Position numbers and translations under genes: made by a program. A DNA stretch of 64,000 nucleotides. Source: Adineta vaga. Its lineage: Eukaryota; Animalia; Rotifera. The DNA lies in NCBI GenBank assembly GCA_021613535.1, contig CP075497.1, positions 10,354,001 through 10,418,000 of the forward strand. The letters are read 5' to 3'. Each line of letters begins with the position of its first letter. Position 1 is the first letter of the stretch. The notes beneath the pieces are model-generated. The model was not told where the DNA came from. It made no database searches and saw only the letters and a list, made by a program, of their open reading frames with translations. Positions 26,620-39,538 of the stretch are shown piece after piece.

Positions 26620-27484
26620 TTATGTCTTTGGTCGTCGTTTTGATAATTGATATTCATCCCATATTTTTGCTTTATCAACAGGTGCAATAACACATCGAAT
26701 TGAAACATCAACAAGTGGATTGATTTTCAATGTGACATGAAATTCTTCTCCTAATTTATATGTATCTTTATTAATCGCATTATCTTCTAATAAAATTGCA
26801 TCTTCATCACACATAACATTCTAAAGAAATGAATTAGAATTTTTAAAACAAAAGAAATGTGTTTAACATACAACACGTCGAAGTGCAATACGAATATTAT
26901 CTCTTGTTAATGACCAATCTTTACTTTTCATATTAATTGGTATTTGTAAAAGAATTGTTTTCAAATAATCTCGACATTTCATAACAAATGGAGAGATTTG
27001 TGGTCGATCTACAAGTAATTTCCTTTCTTCTTCAAATAATGCAACATTTTCTGATGTTGGATAAAGTGCTAATTGTGTTGGTAATAATTCCGTATAAGCC
27101 ATTTCACGTGGTACATTAACAATTTCACCTTTATATCCAACACCTACTCATCATACAAAAATCAAACAATTTCAATAATATCTGGAGTTTCTTTTTCATT
27201 CATTACCTTCAACATATTCAGTGAGAATAACATCAATATTTCCCCATTTTTCTGTATCCGTATCACGAACTACACGATACTGAAAATCTGCATATTTATA
27301 TTTATTATAATCATAAATATTTTCCCATGGACGTAATTTTGTCAATGGATTTACACGTTCAACAATGACCGTTGTCTGAAAAAGTCGATAAAAAGATTTA
27401 TATTTCAATTTCATTTCATTTTACTCGAATAGGTATTTGAACAATTCGAACAGCTTGTAATGGTCGAAGAAATGTTCGAATCAT
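26620..27484 (-). CDS. MRPL9: Mitochondrial ribosomal protein L9 (bL9m)
   Basis: Basic presequence MIRTFLRPLQAVRIVQIPIR, then TTVIVERV and IDVILTEYVEGVGYKGEIVNVPREMAYTELLPTQLALYPTSEN (L9 N-terminal domain); 4 exons. Confidence 0.88.
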
Positions 27485-27635
27485 CTGGAGAAAAAAAGAC
27501 AAACTACAGTAGAAAGACAAAATTTGGTTTTTAAAAAGAACAAAATCAAGTGTACATGAAACCATGAATTACTTGAAAAGACATGAGGAACAAAAGAAGA
27601 AAAAAAAACAAGAAAAACTTTCATGTTTAGTGAAA

Positions 27636-30600
27636 TTATTCAATTGAAAATTGTTCTAGTTGATCACTTTTACTTAACCATGAAACATTCGCATCGGTTG
27701 ATTCCGTTTGAAATGCAGTAGATAGTAAATCTTTCACTCGAAGATACGTTTTATTTAGTTGTTTAGCTTGTTGATATGTTTTATAAGATAGACCAGCATC
27801 TTGTGATAATGTTGTTTGAAAATAATTTGTGAAATCAACAAAGAAATTATATTTACTTAATGATGATATCGATCGATCAATTCTAGAAAAGAAAAGAAGG
27901 CGAATTGTAGAATGAATGTTTGTAAAGAACTGAATGATGAAAACTTACTTTAATTTTCCTGTCATTGGTTCTAATAATTCTGTTCTATCTGGTTGAGTAA
28001 TATTCCATGCAAATGCATTGGTTTGCAGTTTTGCAACTCGTCGTTCATATTGAAATGATTTCGTTTTCGGACAATCAATATCCGGTATATGAAATAGAAA
28101 TGGAGATGGTAATGAAGAAAAATGTTCATTTAAATGTTCAGATAAAGAATATTTCACATGATTACGATCAAATGTTGTGTCACAGGCTATTGTTATCGTT
28201 TCAAGATATATTGGTTTAGTGAGGAAATAAATTAAAAGACCACCTTGAATACCTAAGATACTCCATCGAGAAATTTTATCACTACAAGATTTGATTGGAT
28301 ATTTTATTGGACTTGTTGATGCAAGTATAGTACCTTCAATTTGACCTTGTTTATAACGTATAGAATTTGAAAAACTAGTTAAGGCAGCATTGCCACATGG
28401 TAATGATGATATATACATATGAAATGTTATATTTTCTTGAAGTTGATATTTATCAATGGTTGAATCATATTGAAAAATTGATGATTGATTATCTTTACAT
28501 TGTTTGATTTGTTCAAATAAAAATCGAATTAAACCACGACGTGCAAGTATTTCTGCATGACAATCATGTAAAACTTTACCATCATCCGCATAACTAAGAT
28601 TTGTTTCATCGAGACAACTATTTCCAGTTCCAATACTAATCACAGATGCTTGTTCAAATTGTCCATCGATAACCATTAACATACATGCTAACGTTTTTCG
28701 ACCGAGTAATAATTCATTAACATTTAAATCTTGAAATTTTGTTAATGATCGATGTGCAATATAATCATGTTTATTGGAAAATTCCGGTTGTGTTTGTTCT
28801 TGAGTACGCGATTCTCGGTATAGAATACGTAAAGCTTGATCACATGCAAGTTTTTGTGCTTCATTTTTTGTTGAACATGGTGATGACGATGGGAATTGCC
28901 GACTATTAATTGTAACTGTACATGTAAAGATTGATGGAGATACAGAAGAATGTTCATAATTTAATGTCAAATTATTCTGTTGAGCAAATTCATTTAATGT
29001 AGATATACAATTTGGACTTTGTAGAATGGATAAAAGTATATGACTTGCTATTGATGGAATTGCATTGGTTTGTGACGATGATGAAATGATTTGTTCTTTT
29101 TCAGATGATGTATTTGAAGGATCTTCAATAGATAAGGAGGTAGGTGGTTCTTCGGTAAGTGATATCGGAGGAAGTTCAGTGTCTGCACTTGGTTTACGAA
29201 GAATCGTGAATGGATGCGAAGGAATAGATTCAGGTGTTGATACAGTAGAAGTCTCATTGCTATCTGTTTGTTTAGGTTTTTTCCTATGTTTTGGTGTGAT
29301 ATTTCGAATAACTTTCGATGAATGTTGAGATTCACATGTCGAGCTTGATTTCGGTTTATTGGGATCATAGAGTTGTTTCTGTTGTTGGTGTTGTTGATAT
29401 GACGGTTGAACATATGATGCTTGTTGATGAGGATTATATAATCGTGGTCTAAATTCAATAGGAAATCGTTTTTTTAAAGCGCTTAAGTTATTTTATTTAT
29501 CCTATAAATCATGTATTCATTTTCTAATGATTATTATCCGTTCGATGATATTAGATTTCAAAATTCAGCGGATGAATCTACTGATCATTTCAAATATAAA
29601 ATTTATGAAGAACTGATATGTATTATTATCTTTCTACTTTTACTTGGTATTGAAATTTTTATTTCGATAATACAACTATTGAGAGATTGTTTGAGAGAAC
29701 GAAGACATCGAATGAATGATTGCTATCAACAAGATTTGGAAACGTCTTCAATTAGTACAAAAACTTCGTCTTCTATCGATCGAATAACTGGTTAAAGAAC
29801 ATCATTGCATTTACATATCTCAAGCAATATGTTCAATGAAGAAAGATCGAATCTATAAGGGGAAAACTTACGGCCATCCGTACGTTGCTGACATCATATT
29901 CATTCGACGTGAACCAGTTGCATAACGTGAATTTGTCATCATACCCGAATGGTATGGATAAAAATTATTGTAAGAATATTGTTGATTTGGATAATGATGT
30001 TGATAAAAATGATGTGTAGGCTGATATATAGGAGTTGATGGTGAGAATGGAATACTGTCTGAAGAGAGTCTTGATGATCCACTAAATAAAATGGTATGAA
30101 AATTTTAGAATTATTAATAAAAGAACAAGAAAAAAAAACTGACGTGATCGTTTCTGATTCTTGGAAAGTGACATGTTTAGCTTTTGGTTTATTACTATTG
30201 TTACTAGTGGAAGATGGTTTATCAGAAAAATTCGATGCAAAACTATCCACATAGTATTGTGGTTGAGGCACTTTTGTTTCTGATTTCTTTTTAGCAGATG
30301 AATAATATGTTTGTTCATTTGAACGATTCGACATGTGTGATCTTTGCGGATAATTATTTCGTGGATAGATCTGTGATTCTTGATTTGAAAATTGAATTGA
30401 CATTAATGGTGGAGTAAAAGCTACTAATTGTGCTTGACTATCAGGTGAAGTCATATTTGAAGGATAGTATTGTTGAAAATATTGTGATGGATGCGTTGAA
30501 TGTGGACGATATCGCATAGAATTTGGACGATTTGGTTGTGTTGTATTATTCATTGATAAATCTGACATACCATTCGTCATATCATGAAACTATACGAAAA

Positions 30601-30872
30601 TATAATCAAAAAATGAATTTATCATTGAATTCATCTATTCTACTGTTTGATCATGAATCGAAGTTTCCATTGATTCTATATCTTTATTAGATGCCGATAA
30701 AGATTCTATTTTAGGGTGAATATTCTATTGAAGATAAAACGATATGATTACTATTTTTTGTTAAAAAAAGATCGATAAAACATACATTTAATGTATTTTC
30801 ATTTGAATCTGCACTTTGCTGATTAGATAGTGTAGTGGATGCAATTTCTTGTGCAGTTTCTTTCTCATCCAT
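27636..30872 (-). CDS. ADAR: dsRNA adenosine deaminase (ADAR-like): low-complexity N-terminus, one dsRBD, deaminase domain; start at 30670 as written, or 30872 if a 1-nt gap near 30700 is an error
   Basis: dsRBD ISTLNEFAQQ...KNEAQKLACDQAL. Deaminase motifs ISIGTGN, LHDCHAEILARRGLIRFL, HMYISSLPCG and SCSDKISRWSILGIQGGLL. The last exon ends WLSKSDQLEQFSIE*. Confidence 0.9.
29511..29795 (+). CDS. Putative 94-aa single-pass membrane protein nested antisense in an ADAR intron
   Basis: ATG-started ORF with an acidic N-terminus, hydrophobic LICIIIFLLLLGIEIFISIIQLL, then basic RERRHR. It lies wholly within ADAR intron 29449-29871. Confidence 0.5.
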   Translation: MYSFSNDYYPFDDIRFQNSADESTDHFKYKIYEELICIIIFLLLLGIEIFISIIQLLRDCLRERRHRMNDCYQQDLETSSISTKTSSSIDRITG

Positions 30873-31030
30873 GGCTATCAAATAATTAAGAAATAACTTA
30901 TTTTCATATAAAATAATTAAAAAATTATTGAACTAAAACTATGTTGCTTTTTTTTGCCTATCGTCGTTTTTCTTTTCTCTAGTTATACATTGGTAAATGA
31001 TATTCAACAAATCATAATATCGAATTTATT

Positions 31031-31046
31031 CAAAAGATGGCAGTAA
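31031..31046 (+). promoter_or_regulatory. CTCF/YY1-like motif (CAAAAGATGGCAGTAA) about 160 nt upstream of the first ADAR ATG
   Basis: Recurrent motif; lies in the divergent ADAR/aminopeptidase spacer. Confidence 0.45.
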
Positions 31047-31490
31047 CTCTAACGTATTCTTCATCAAAGTATACATATACATAGTATAATATGTATGTTA
31101 GCTGGATTCGAGATATATGACTTAACGGCAGTTCTCTATTGTGTATATTTATTTGAGAAAAAAGAGCGCATGATGGAGAAGTTGTCGTAACAACTTCTAC
31201 TGAAATTGTGTCATAAAGATGGTTTTGCTTAAGATATGCGTAACATCAATGTCATGAATTCAATGGTCTTGGATATTGTTAAGCTGTATAACTTTGGATT
31301 ATCAATCATTAGATTTCTTTTTCAAATTTTATAACCATTTCTTCTCGTATAATAATGATTGGAGAACTTTCTTTTTATCAAATGTTTTCAAGTTTTATGA
31401 CATTACTAGTTTTATTAAATATCTACAGATAAAACAGCTTTTTTTCTTCAAATTTTTCATCTATTCGTATTCATCGATTTCGTTACAAGG

Positions 31491-34400
31491 ATGAAGATAA
31501 TAGGAAAACGTTCGACAAACGAAATCGAATTTACAGCCTGGCAATTTCTTGCATTAATTATTGCTGCTAGTGCTTGCGTCTTCGCTATTGCACCATTAGT
31601 TCTTCAATATCGATCAACGAAATGTGATGTGATATATATAGATAAAATTGTTAAGCCTGAAAAATCGAATATTACTGAGAAAACATCAGATTTTCATGGT
31701 AGATATGTACGTGATATTGGTCGTCAAAGTCAATGTGCAGCCATTCCACCCATGTGTAGTGCGACCACAACTGTACCAACAATACCAACAGCATCAACAG
31801 TCACGACAACACGAACTACAAGCAGTACACCAAAAGTTACTCGCCCAGTCATTACTACCTATCCAACAGTACCACCAACAACAACACCAGATCCATGGGC
31901 TAATATCTCTCGACCATATTCATCTTGGCGTTTACCTTCTTTTGCATTACCAACTGAATATAAATTGAATATCGCTTGTCCTGATTGTTTTGTACTCATT
32001 TCGAATTCATCATCAATTAAATTTAATGGAAAAGTAGAAATTTATATAAATATTGACACTTCAACAAACTTTCTCGTACTTCATTCGAAAAATTTAAATA
32101 TTACTCATGCACAAATAATTTCTGGTGGTGCTGGTAATGCGACAATTACATACTTACCAGATACTGAAATGGTCCACTTATTATTTACTTCGACAATTGC
32201 TAGGTTCAATTACTTTAGAAATTGATTATACTGGAACAGTCAATCAACGAGATCAAACAGGATTCTATCGTGAAGTATTTTGGAAATCAATTGGTGAAAT
32301 CAGCTAGTAAGAATACTTTTCTATAATACAAATGAAATCTATGTTTATATCATTCCTAGTTTATTAGCTACTAATTTCCATCCAATTCACGCTCGACAAG
32401 GTAAGAAAAGAAAAATAAACTGAAATTCTTTGGAAATGTTTTCTTTTTTTGAAAAGTTTTTCCATGTTTCGATGAACCAAGTATGCGAGCAAAATTTACA
32501 TTAACACTTGAACATCCACATAATTCATCAGTTGCATTATCGAATCTTCCTGAAGCAGTATGATTTCAATAAATAATTCAACAAATTACACATGCAGTTC
32601 TTCATCGTCTTATTTTTAGACTTCAAGTGCTTCATCAACAACATTTTCAATAACACCAACAATTAGTGTATCTTCTTTGAGTTGGGCTATTCTACCTACA
32701 GATGAATTTCCTGCTGTTTCGAAAACTTTCGGTACTACAACGGTAATTTTCTCATATCAGTAATTTTCTCAACATAAAAAAATGATTCGTTTCAGGTTAA
32801 TATCTACGTTCGACCAGAATTAACTGGTTCACTCAATGCCAATCTCGATTATACATTCGATGTCATCGATAAAACACTTCAGTTCATTCAAGATTATATG
32901 AATGTATCATCTACTAATCTACCTACTAAACTTGGTAAGTTCTATATTGGAAACCGAAAACAAAGCTTGTTCGAATCTTTCTCTTTTAGATTTAATTGGT
33001 ATACCTGATTTAGTTGTTGATGAAAAAGCATCGGCATCTTGGGGTCTATACATATTTCGTGAAGAGTTTCTTATTACTGATACAAGTTTAAATTCAGCTG
33101 AACGGAAACAAACAACAACAAAGATTCTTGTTGAACATATTTTACAACCTGTAGATTGAATAAATCATCTTCTTTCTTCGAAAAATGTTCTTTCTTTTTT
33201 TTAGTGGTTTTCAACAGTTGATTGGTGGGATAATATTTGGCTTGGTAAATCTATATCCTCATTTCTTGCTTATAAAATGATTGATCAAAACTATCCAGAA
33301 TTGAGATTAGTAAATATAAATCCTTCTAATAAAAACTGACTTCATTTTTAAATAATAAATTCTCAATTAGATGGAACAATTTCCTATTCGTGAAATGATG
33401 CCATTAATGATGGATGATTTCAAACCAAGTATATGGGCTGTATCCGAGCAAAATTTAACAAATAATGCACAAATTCTTGATTATCTATCGACACATATTT
33501 ACAGTAAAGGTGCATCACTTCTTCGTTTACTTGAATATATATGTGGCATAGAAGCATTTCAAAATGGTGTTATAAGTATTATCTCAACATCAAATGCATT
33601 GGATGTTGTACCAAGATTCTATTCGAATTTTAATCTAAGTGCATCGATAAATACTACACTTACAGCTGAAGAATTTCTTCGCTCATGGTTAGAAGAACGA
33701 AATTATCCGATATTAACAATTGATGTAGTTCCCAATAATGAAACACAAAAGAATACGACATTAGTTTTTCGTCAAGCACGTTATTTTGGTTCATCAGTTT
33801 TAGATGATAATTCATTGAATATGAATTATACATGGAAAATGTTTGTTGAATGTGATCTTGGTGGTTCCAATGAAGCAGATGTCTTTAATTTAACAGCTAA
33901 TCATGCAAAATCAAAAATACGATTTATTTTAGAATCATCAAAAGAAGTTATTCAAATATTAGATGAAGAATATCTATGGATTAAATGTAATAAAGATTTT
34001 TATTCATTTCAAGTGACAGAATATGTATTAGAAGATGATGATCCACATGGTATTTGGCAACGTTTGGAATTATTATTCAGAGATGTATGTTTACATTAAT
34101 ATTTAATTGAAAAAGAAAAATTCATTTCATTTTATTCAATAGGATACAATATTTTCTGGTAATGATCGAGCTAATTTAATTAATGATGCTTTTATTCTTC
34201 CACATGGTGGTGAAATTGTCAGTTATGATCAAACAATTAATCTAGTACGTGAACTATTTGATATTTCAGCAGAAAATTATTTACCTTGGTCAGCCTTTGT
34301 TTGGCATTGGAATTATATGATGGGTGTTGAGGAACATTCGAAATATTTTTATAATTTCAAAGTAAAGAAAAAAAACAGATCTATTTTATATCAATCAATC

Positions 34401-35461
34401 TATTTTCAATATTTTTCATTCTAGCAATTTGCAACACGACTTACTTTAGCTCCATTTGATCGTAATATAGATAATATTGTCACTGTTGGAACAACTCATG
34501 AAGAAAGGTACTCATTTCATTTCCTTTAACTTCATAATCTTTTCTGAAATCATCTTATTTAGATTAATTAAATCAATGTTCTTTGATTTACTCTGTCGTG
34601 TTCAAAATCCAGATGCATTAAATAAAGCAACTGAACTTTTCCGACGTATTCCTGAAAGTTATTTCTTGAATTCAACTGGTCCTACAAAGTTTGTTTCTTG
34701 ACAATTTTTAATGTGTTTTTTTCTTTTATCAATACTTATGGGAAATTTTCTAGTGTCGATGCGGATTATTTGTCAACAGTAATCTATTATCACATACAGA
34801 ATGCAAATGATATGGATGAATGGGATTATTTATGGCTTAACTTTACAGAGAATGAATCTATGACAGGACAACAACGAACTACTCTTCTTCGAGCTCTTGG
34901 TGCATCGAAAGAAACATGGCGTTTGAAATCGTAAGTTGTCTTTTATCAACGAAGATTTCTATTTTGATTTCGTATAGAATATTGGAACAAGCTTTCGATC
35001 TGGATGCTAATCTGATTGAAACACAAGAATTTTTTGATTTAATTATTACTATCAGTCAAAATCCAAATGGACGTGATATTATTTGGAATTTCTATCGTCA
35101 TAATTATCGAGATTTACTTGCTACGTAATTGAATATTTCTTACAAAGAGTCAAACATTTGTTTTTTATTTTAGATATGGTGAATCAAATCGTTTATTCAA
35201 TCAATTAATAACTAATATTGTTCAATCATTTGAAAATGAATATTATTACATGGAGGTAATTGATTTTCTATATGAAATTATCGTATAAATCTTCTTTTCT
35301 TGTAGATGATGAATTTCATCAATGAATTTCCAAGTTTATCAAAAAGTCAACAATTAGCTAAAGATCAAATTTTAATTAATTTCATATGGTTACTCGATGG
35401 TATGGCTGAAGGTCTTGATGCTGCCATTTCAGCTGGTGAAAGAATTGATCTACAGAAATAA
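31491..35461 (+). CDS. M1 aminopeptidase N-like type II membrane protein lacking catalytic motifs; apparent frameshift near 32197
   Basis: N-terminal TM ([20 protein letters not shown]), Thr-rich stalk, [29 protein letters not shown] and [17 protein letters not shown] is replaced by KASASWG and HExxH...NEG by EHILQP...WLGKS. The reading frame changes between TSTI and [10 protein letters not shown] with no room for an intron. Confidence 0.8.
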
Positions 35462-35896
35462 TTCAATTTCTTCATAAACATTAAATCATTTTATTGACTT
35501 TCATTTTATTACATTTTTATAGAAAGAAATAAAAGTTTTAAAAAAATCAAATCCGTTAGTTAACCGCATAGCTAGGTGCTCGTATTTGTTTTTATTCTAT
35601 ATCGAGGGTAACTCTTTTTCTTAATTGGTAAACACAGTGGTCAATCAAAGCGATGCACAACCTAGCATGAAGACCTTTTTTTTTCGATATTCTCTATTTC
35701 TCTTGCCTATGAATATATGTGTTAAAAGAATTGTTATTTCCTAAAAGGTTTTAACGATATAATAGTAATTATAAGAGCAGCTGCAAAGAATCATTATCTA
35801 TCATTTAAGTATCAATAGAACTCGTTCTTTTTTCTGTGTTATATCAATTAGGCTAAAGACAAATCTTACGAAACACATTACGATTGTAGATTATCA

Positions 35897-38800
35897 ATGA
35901 CATATATTAATCTTATTGTGATATTTTATTGTACATTGTTCATCAATGCCAATGTTGTGCTTGAACAAACACAAGAAACAGAAAGTCTTACTACATTCTC
36001 ACAAATTTCAACAGCAACAACAATAATCCCATCCAAAAAGATCAATTCATCGAAATGTATCGAAGATGAATGTAATACACGTTTATCTGCCAATATCGAA
36101 GTTCATAGTTATGAATTAGAATACATTTATAAGAATTCTACTCAAACAATCGTTCAAGGACATGTAACGATTAATTTTACATTAAAAGAACCTATTAAAC
36201 AACTTATTTATCATGCGAAAAGATTTATTGAACTCGAAGAACCTTTACTTTATGAAGATGGTATTCATCGTTTAGTTTCAATGCGAACATATCCATCCAA
36301 TGATTTCATAAGTTTACGTTTAGCAACAAGAAATTCATCATTTGCTTCGAATCATTATGTTTTAAAACAAGGATTTTTGGTTAGTTTAGTTGATGGTAAT
36401 ATTGGGTTCTATCAAAGTTTATATAAAAATATCAATGGAACGACAGGGTAAAGAAATATCTTATAAAAAACAGATGAAAATTGAGAGATGATTTATTTAG
36501 AAAGTTATTAGCTTCGAAATTTCAACCAACTGATGCTCGAAAAGCTTTTCCATGTTTCGATGAACCACAATTAAAAGCAATTTTTAGAATTACAATTATT
36601 CATCCAATTGATACAATTGCTATTGCAAATTTTCCTAGTGTATGTTGATATAGAAATGAAATTCACGAATAAATTCTTGATTGATTTCAATAGATTGAAG
36701 AAACAATTGAAAATGATCTACGTCGAACAAAATTTGCTGATACATTTCCTATGAGTACTTATCTAGCCGCTTGGGCTATTCTTCCGAATACGTATGGAAA
36801 ATTAGCTAGTACCAATAATGAACCAGAAGTATATTTGAATAGGATCTGAGAAATATTGTGATATATAAATATGTTTGTTCTAGATTATTGTATGGGCTCG
36901 TCCGGAACCGACAGAAAAAGGTCATACAGATTTAGCACTGGAAATAGCACTTAATTGTGTTTCATATTTTACGGATTATTTTAATACATCAGAACCTGTT
37001 ACTCCTAAAATAGGTAAGTAGATTCTATTTAGAATTTTATATTATGTTAGAATTACCTTTCTCATAGATCTTTTGGCTGTTCCTGATTTTGCATCAGGTG
37101 CGATGGAAAATTGGGGTTTAGTCTCATTTCGTGAAGATCGTATTATGTTCGATGAAAAAACTACATCTATCCTTCAAAAACAACAATTAGGTGAAACAAT
37201 GGCACATGAAATTGCTCATTTTTGTAAGTTTATTTTCGATATATAAACAATGAATTCAGCAAAATCTATATAGGGTTTGGTAATTATGTAACTTGTAAAT
37301 GGTGGGATGATTTATGGTTAAATGAAGCAATGGCTACATGGCTTTCTTACAAACCATTCACTGCTAAATATCCAGATTGGGATATGGTAACGTCATTCGA
37401 GAGAACTCCTGATTGATAAAATATCTCTTTTCTTCGTCAAGGAATTACAAGTATTAACTGAAGAAATCATACCTGTTATGTGGGATGATGCTAAACCATC
37501 ATCACATGCAATCGTTGTTCGAAATGTTACGAGTTCTTCTGAAATAACAAGTTTATTCGATTCGATAACTTATTCGAAAGGTGCAAGTGTTCTACGTATG
37601 TTAGAGAAAATCGTTGGTTCAGATACATTTCGTGATGGTTTACGTGATTATTTGAATTCAAATGCATTTAATGTTGGTGATCCAACAATATTTTATAATA
37701 AATTATTTAAGAATATCAGTGGAGAAGAATTTATGAAGAATTGGCTTGAAGAATCGAATTTTCCAATTTTAAATGTACATTTACATGTTAATGATAGTGG
37801 AACATATGTTACATTTAATCAATCACGATTTATTATTTCGAATGCATTAGATTCATCGAATTTAACAAGTGATTATCGATGGAAAATTAATATTCAATGT
37901 ATTTTAGATGATAATAATACGATTGAATTTATTCTTGAAACAGAAGAACAAATTCAATATTTACCTGGAAGATATCATACTTGGATTAAATGTAATCGTG
38001 ATTTTCAAGGTTTTTATGTCACAAATTATTTATCCGATAATGTAACATCATCGATTTGGCAGCGTTTGTCTCAGGTCATCATATCTGAACCAACTGTAAA
38101 TAATCCTATAAGAAAATTCTCTTGAATTGTTGTTCATTTTGATTTGCTTTATTTTTAGTTCTTTTCTGATGAAGATAAAGTGAATCTAATTCAAGATACA
38201 TTTCTACTTGCTTATAAAGGTGTAATTGATTATATCGAACCATTACGTATTATTCAATCATTAGTTAAAATCAATAGTAAACAATTTGTTATTTGGCGTA
38301 CATTACAATGGCATTGGGAAGTTTTGACTGATTTAATTGAACATCTACCAAATCTTTGGTCAAAATTTAAAGTTCGATTTAAAAAATAGAACTGGTTTTT
38401 TTCTCCTAATCTCAATCTTTTCTTTTTCTCTTTGTTCAAATAGAATTTTGCAATTCAACAAATTCTATCAACTGAATCAACAATTGATGATATGTTCGAA
38501 ACAAATTCAACTGATGATCACAATCTAAGGTATTTCGAAGAAGTCGAAATTCATTTTGAATGAAAAAATATGAATTCTTTGAATAGATTACTGCGAGGTG
38601 TAAGATTTTCATTTCTCTGTCGAATGGATTATAAAAATGCGATTAAACGTTCAAATGAATTATTTAAATCTATTCCAATCGAATATTTTAATGGTAGTCA
38701 AATTGAAACTAAGTAAAATCGATTATCTCATTCGATTTTTTTTCATAAACTTTTCTTTTATTTCAGTATTAGTGCAGATTTCTTATCAACAGTTTATATT

Positions 38801-39419
38801 TGTCATTTGAGTAATGATGAAAATGAAAGTGATTGGGAAATGATGTATAATTATTATAAAATTGCAATATCACCACAAGAACAAACACGTGCTTTAGTAG
38901 CAATTAGTTCAACAGAAAATCGAGATCGATTGAATCGTTTATTGGAAGATGGAATGAAAACTGGTCCGAATGCAATTAAACGACAAGATTTCTTTTCTAT
39001 GATTGCATACATGAGTCGTAATCCAACGGGAAGAGATGTCGCATGGACATTTTATAAGAAAAATTATCAAAAACTTGTTAATATGTAGGTTATATTAAAC
39101 TGAATGAAATTTCTATCTACCTTGTTTTATTTAGTTTCACACTTGAAAGTCGTCGATTAGGTACAGTCATTGGTTCGATTGCACGTTCATTCGAAAAAGA
39201 ATCATATCTGAATGAAGTGAGATTTTTTAGTTGAATAAATATTTAGTTTTCGAAGATTTGTTTTTCTAGATGAATGAACTATTTGCTTTGTATCCAAATG
39301 CTGGTGCGGGTACAACATCACGTAAACAAGCAGTTGATCAAGTAAATATGAATATTGAATGGATAAAATCACGAGAAGAAAATCTAATTCATGCATTTGA
39401 AACCATTTTACAAGAATAA
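35897..39419 (+). CDS. M1 family aminopeptidase N-like, catalytic motifs intact, signal peptide or anchor
   Basis: [60 protein letters not shown] and [16 protein letters not shown]; ERAP1-like C-terminal domain ends at 39419. Confidence 0.93.
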
Positions 39420-39538
39420 TTATTTAGTTTCATTTTCTATTTCATAATTTTCATGATGTAGCGTTCATTTTTATCTTTTGTTTTAATAATTATTAGAGAA
39501 TAAATAACAAACGAGGAAATGTTTTTCGTAATATTCTA

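Noticed and set aside
29048-29458. ORFs 29048..29458 (-) and 29065..29328 (+)
   Set aside because: They are alternate-frame and antisense shadows of the large ADAR exon.
30675-30682. Idea that ADAR recodes the UAG of its own uORF to Trp
   Set aside because: Read-through in that frame meets another stop shortly after the next splice and never joins the main frame.
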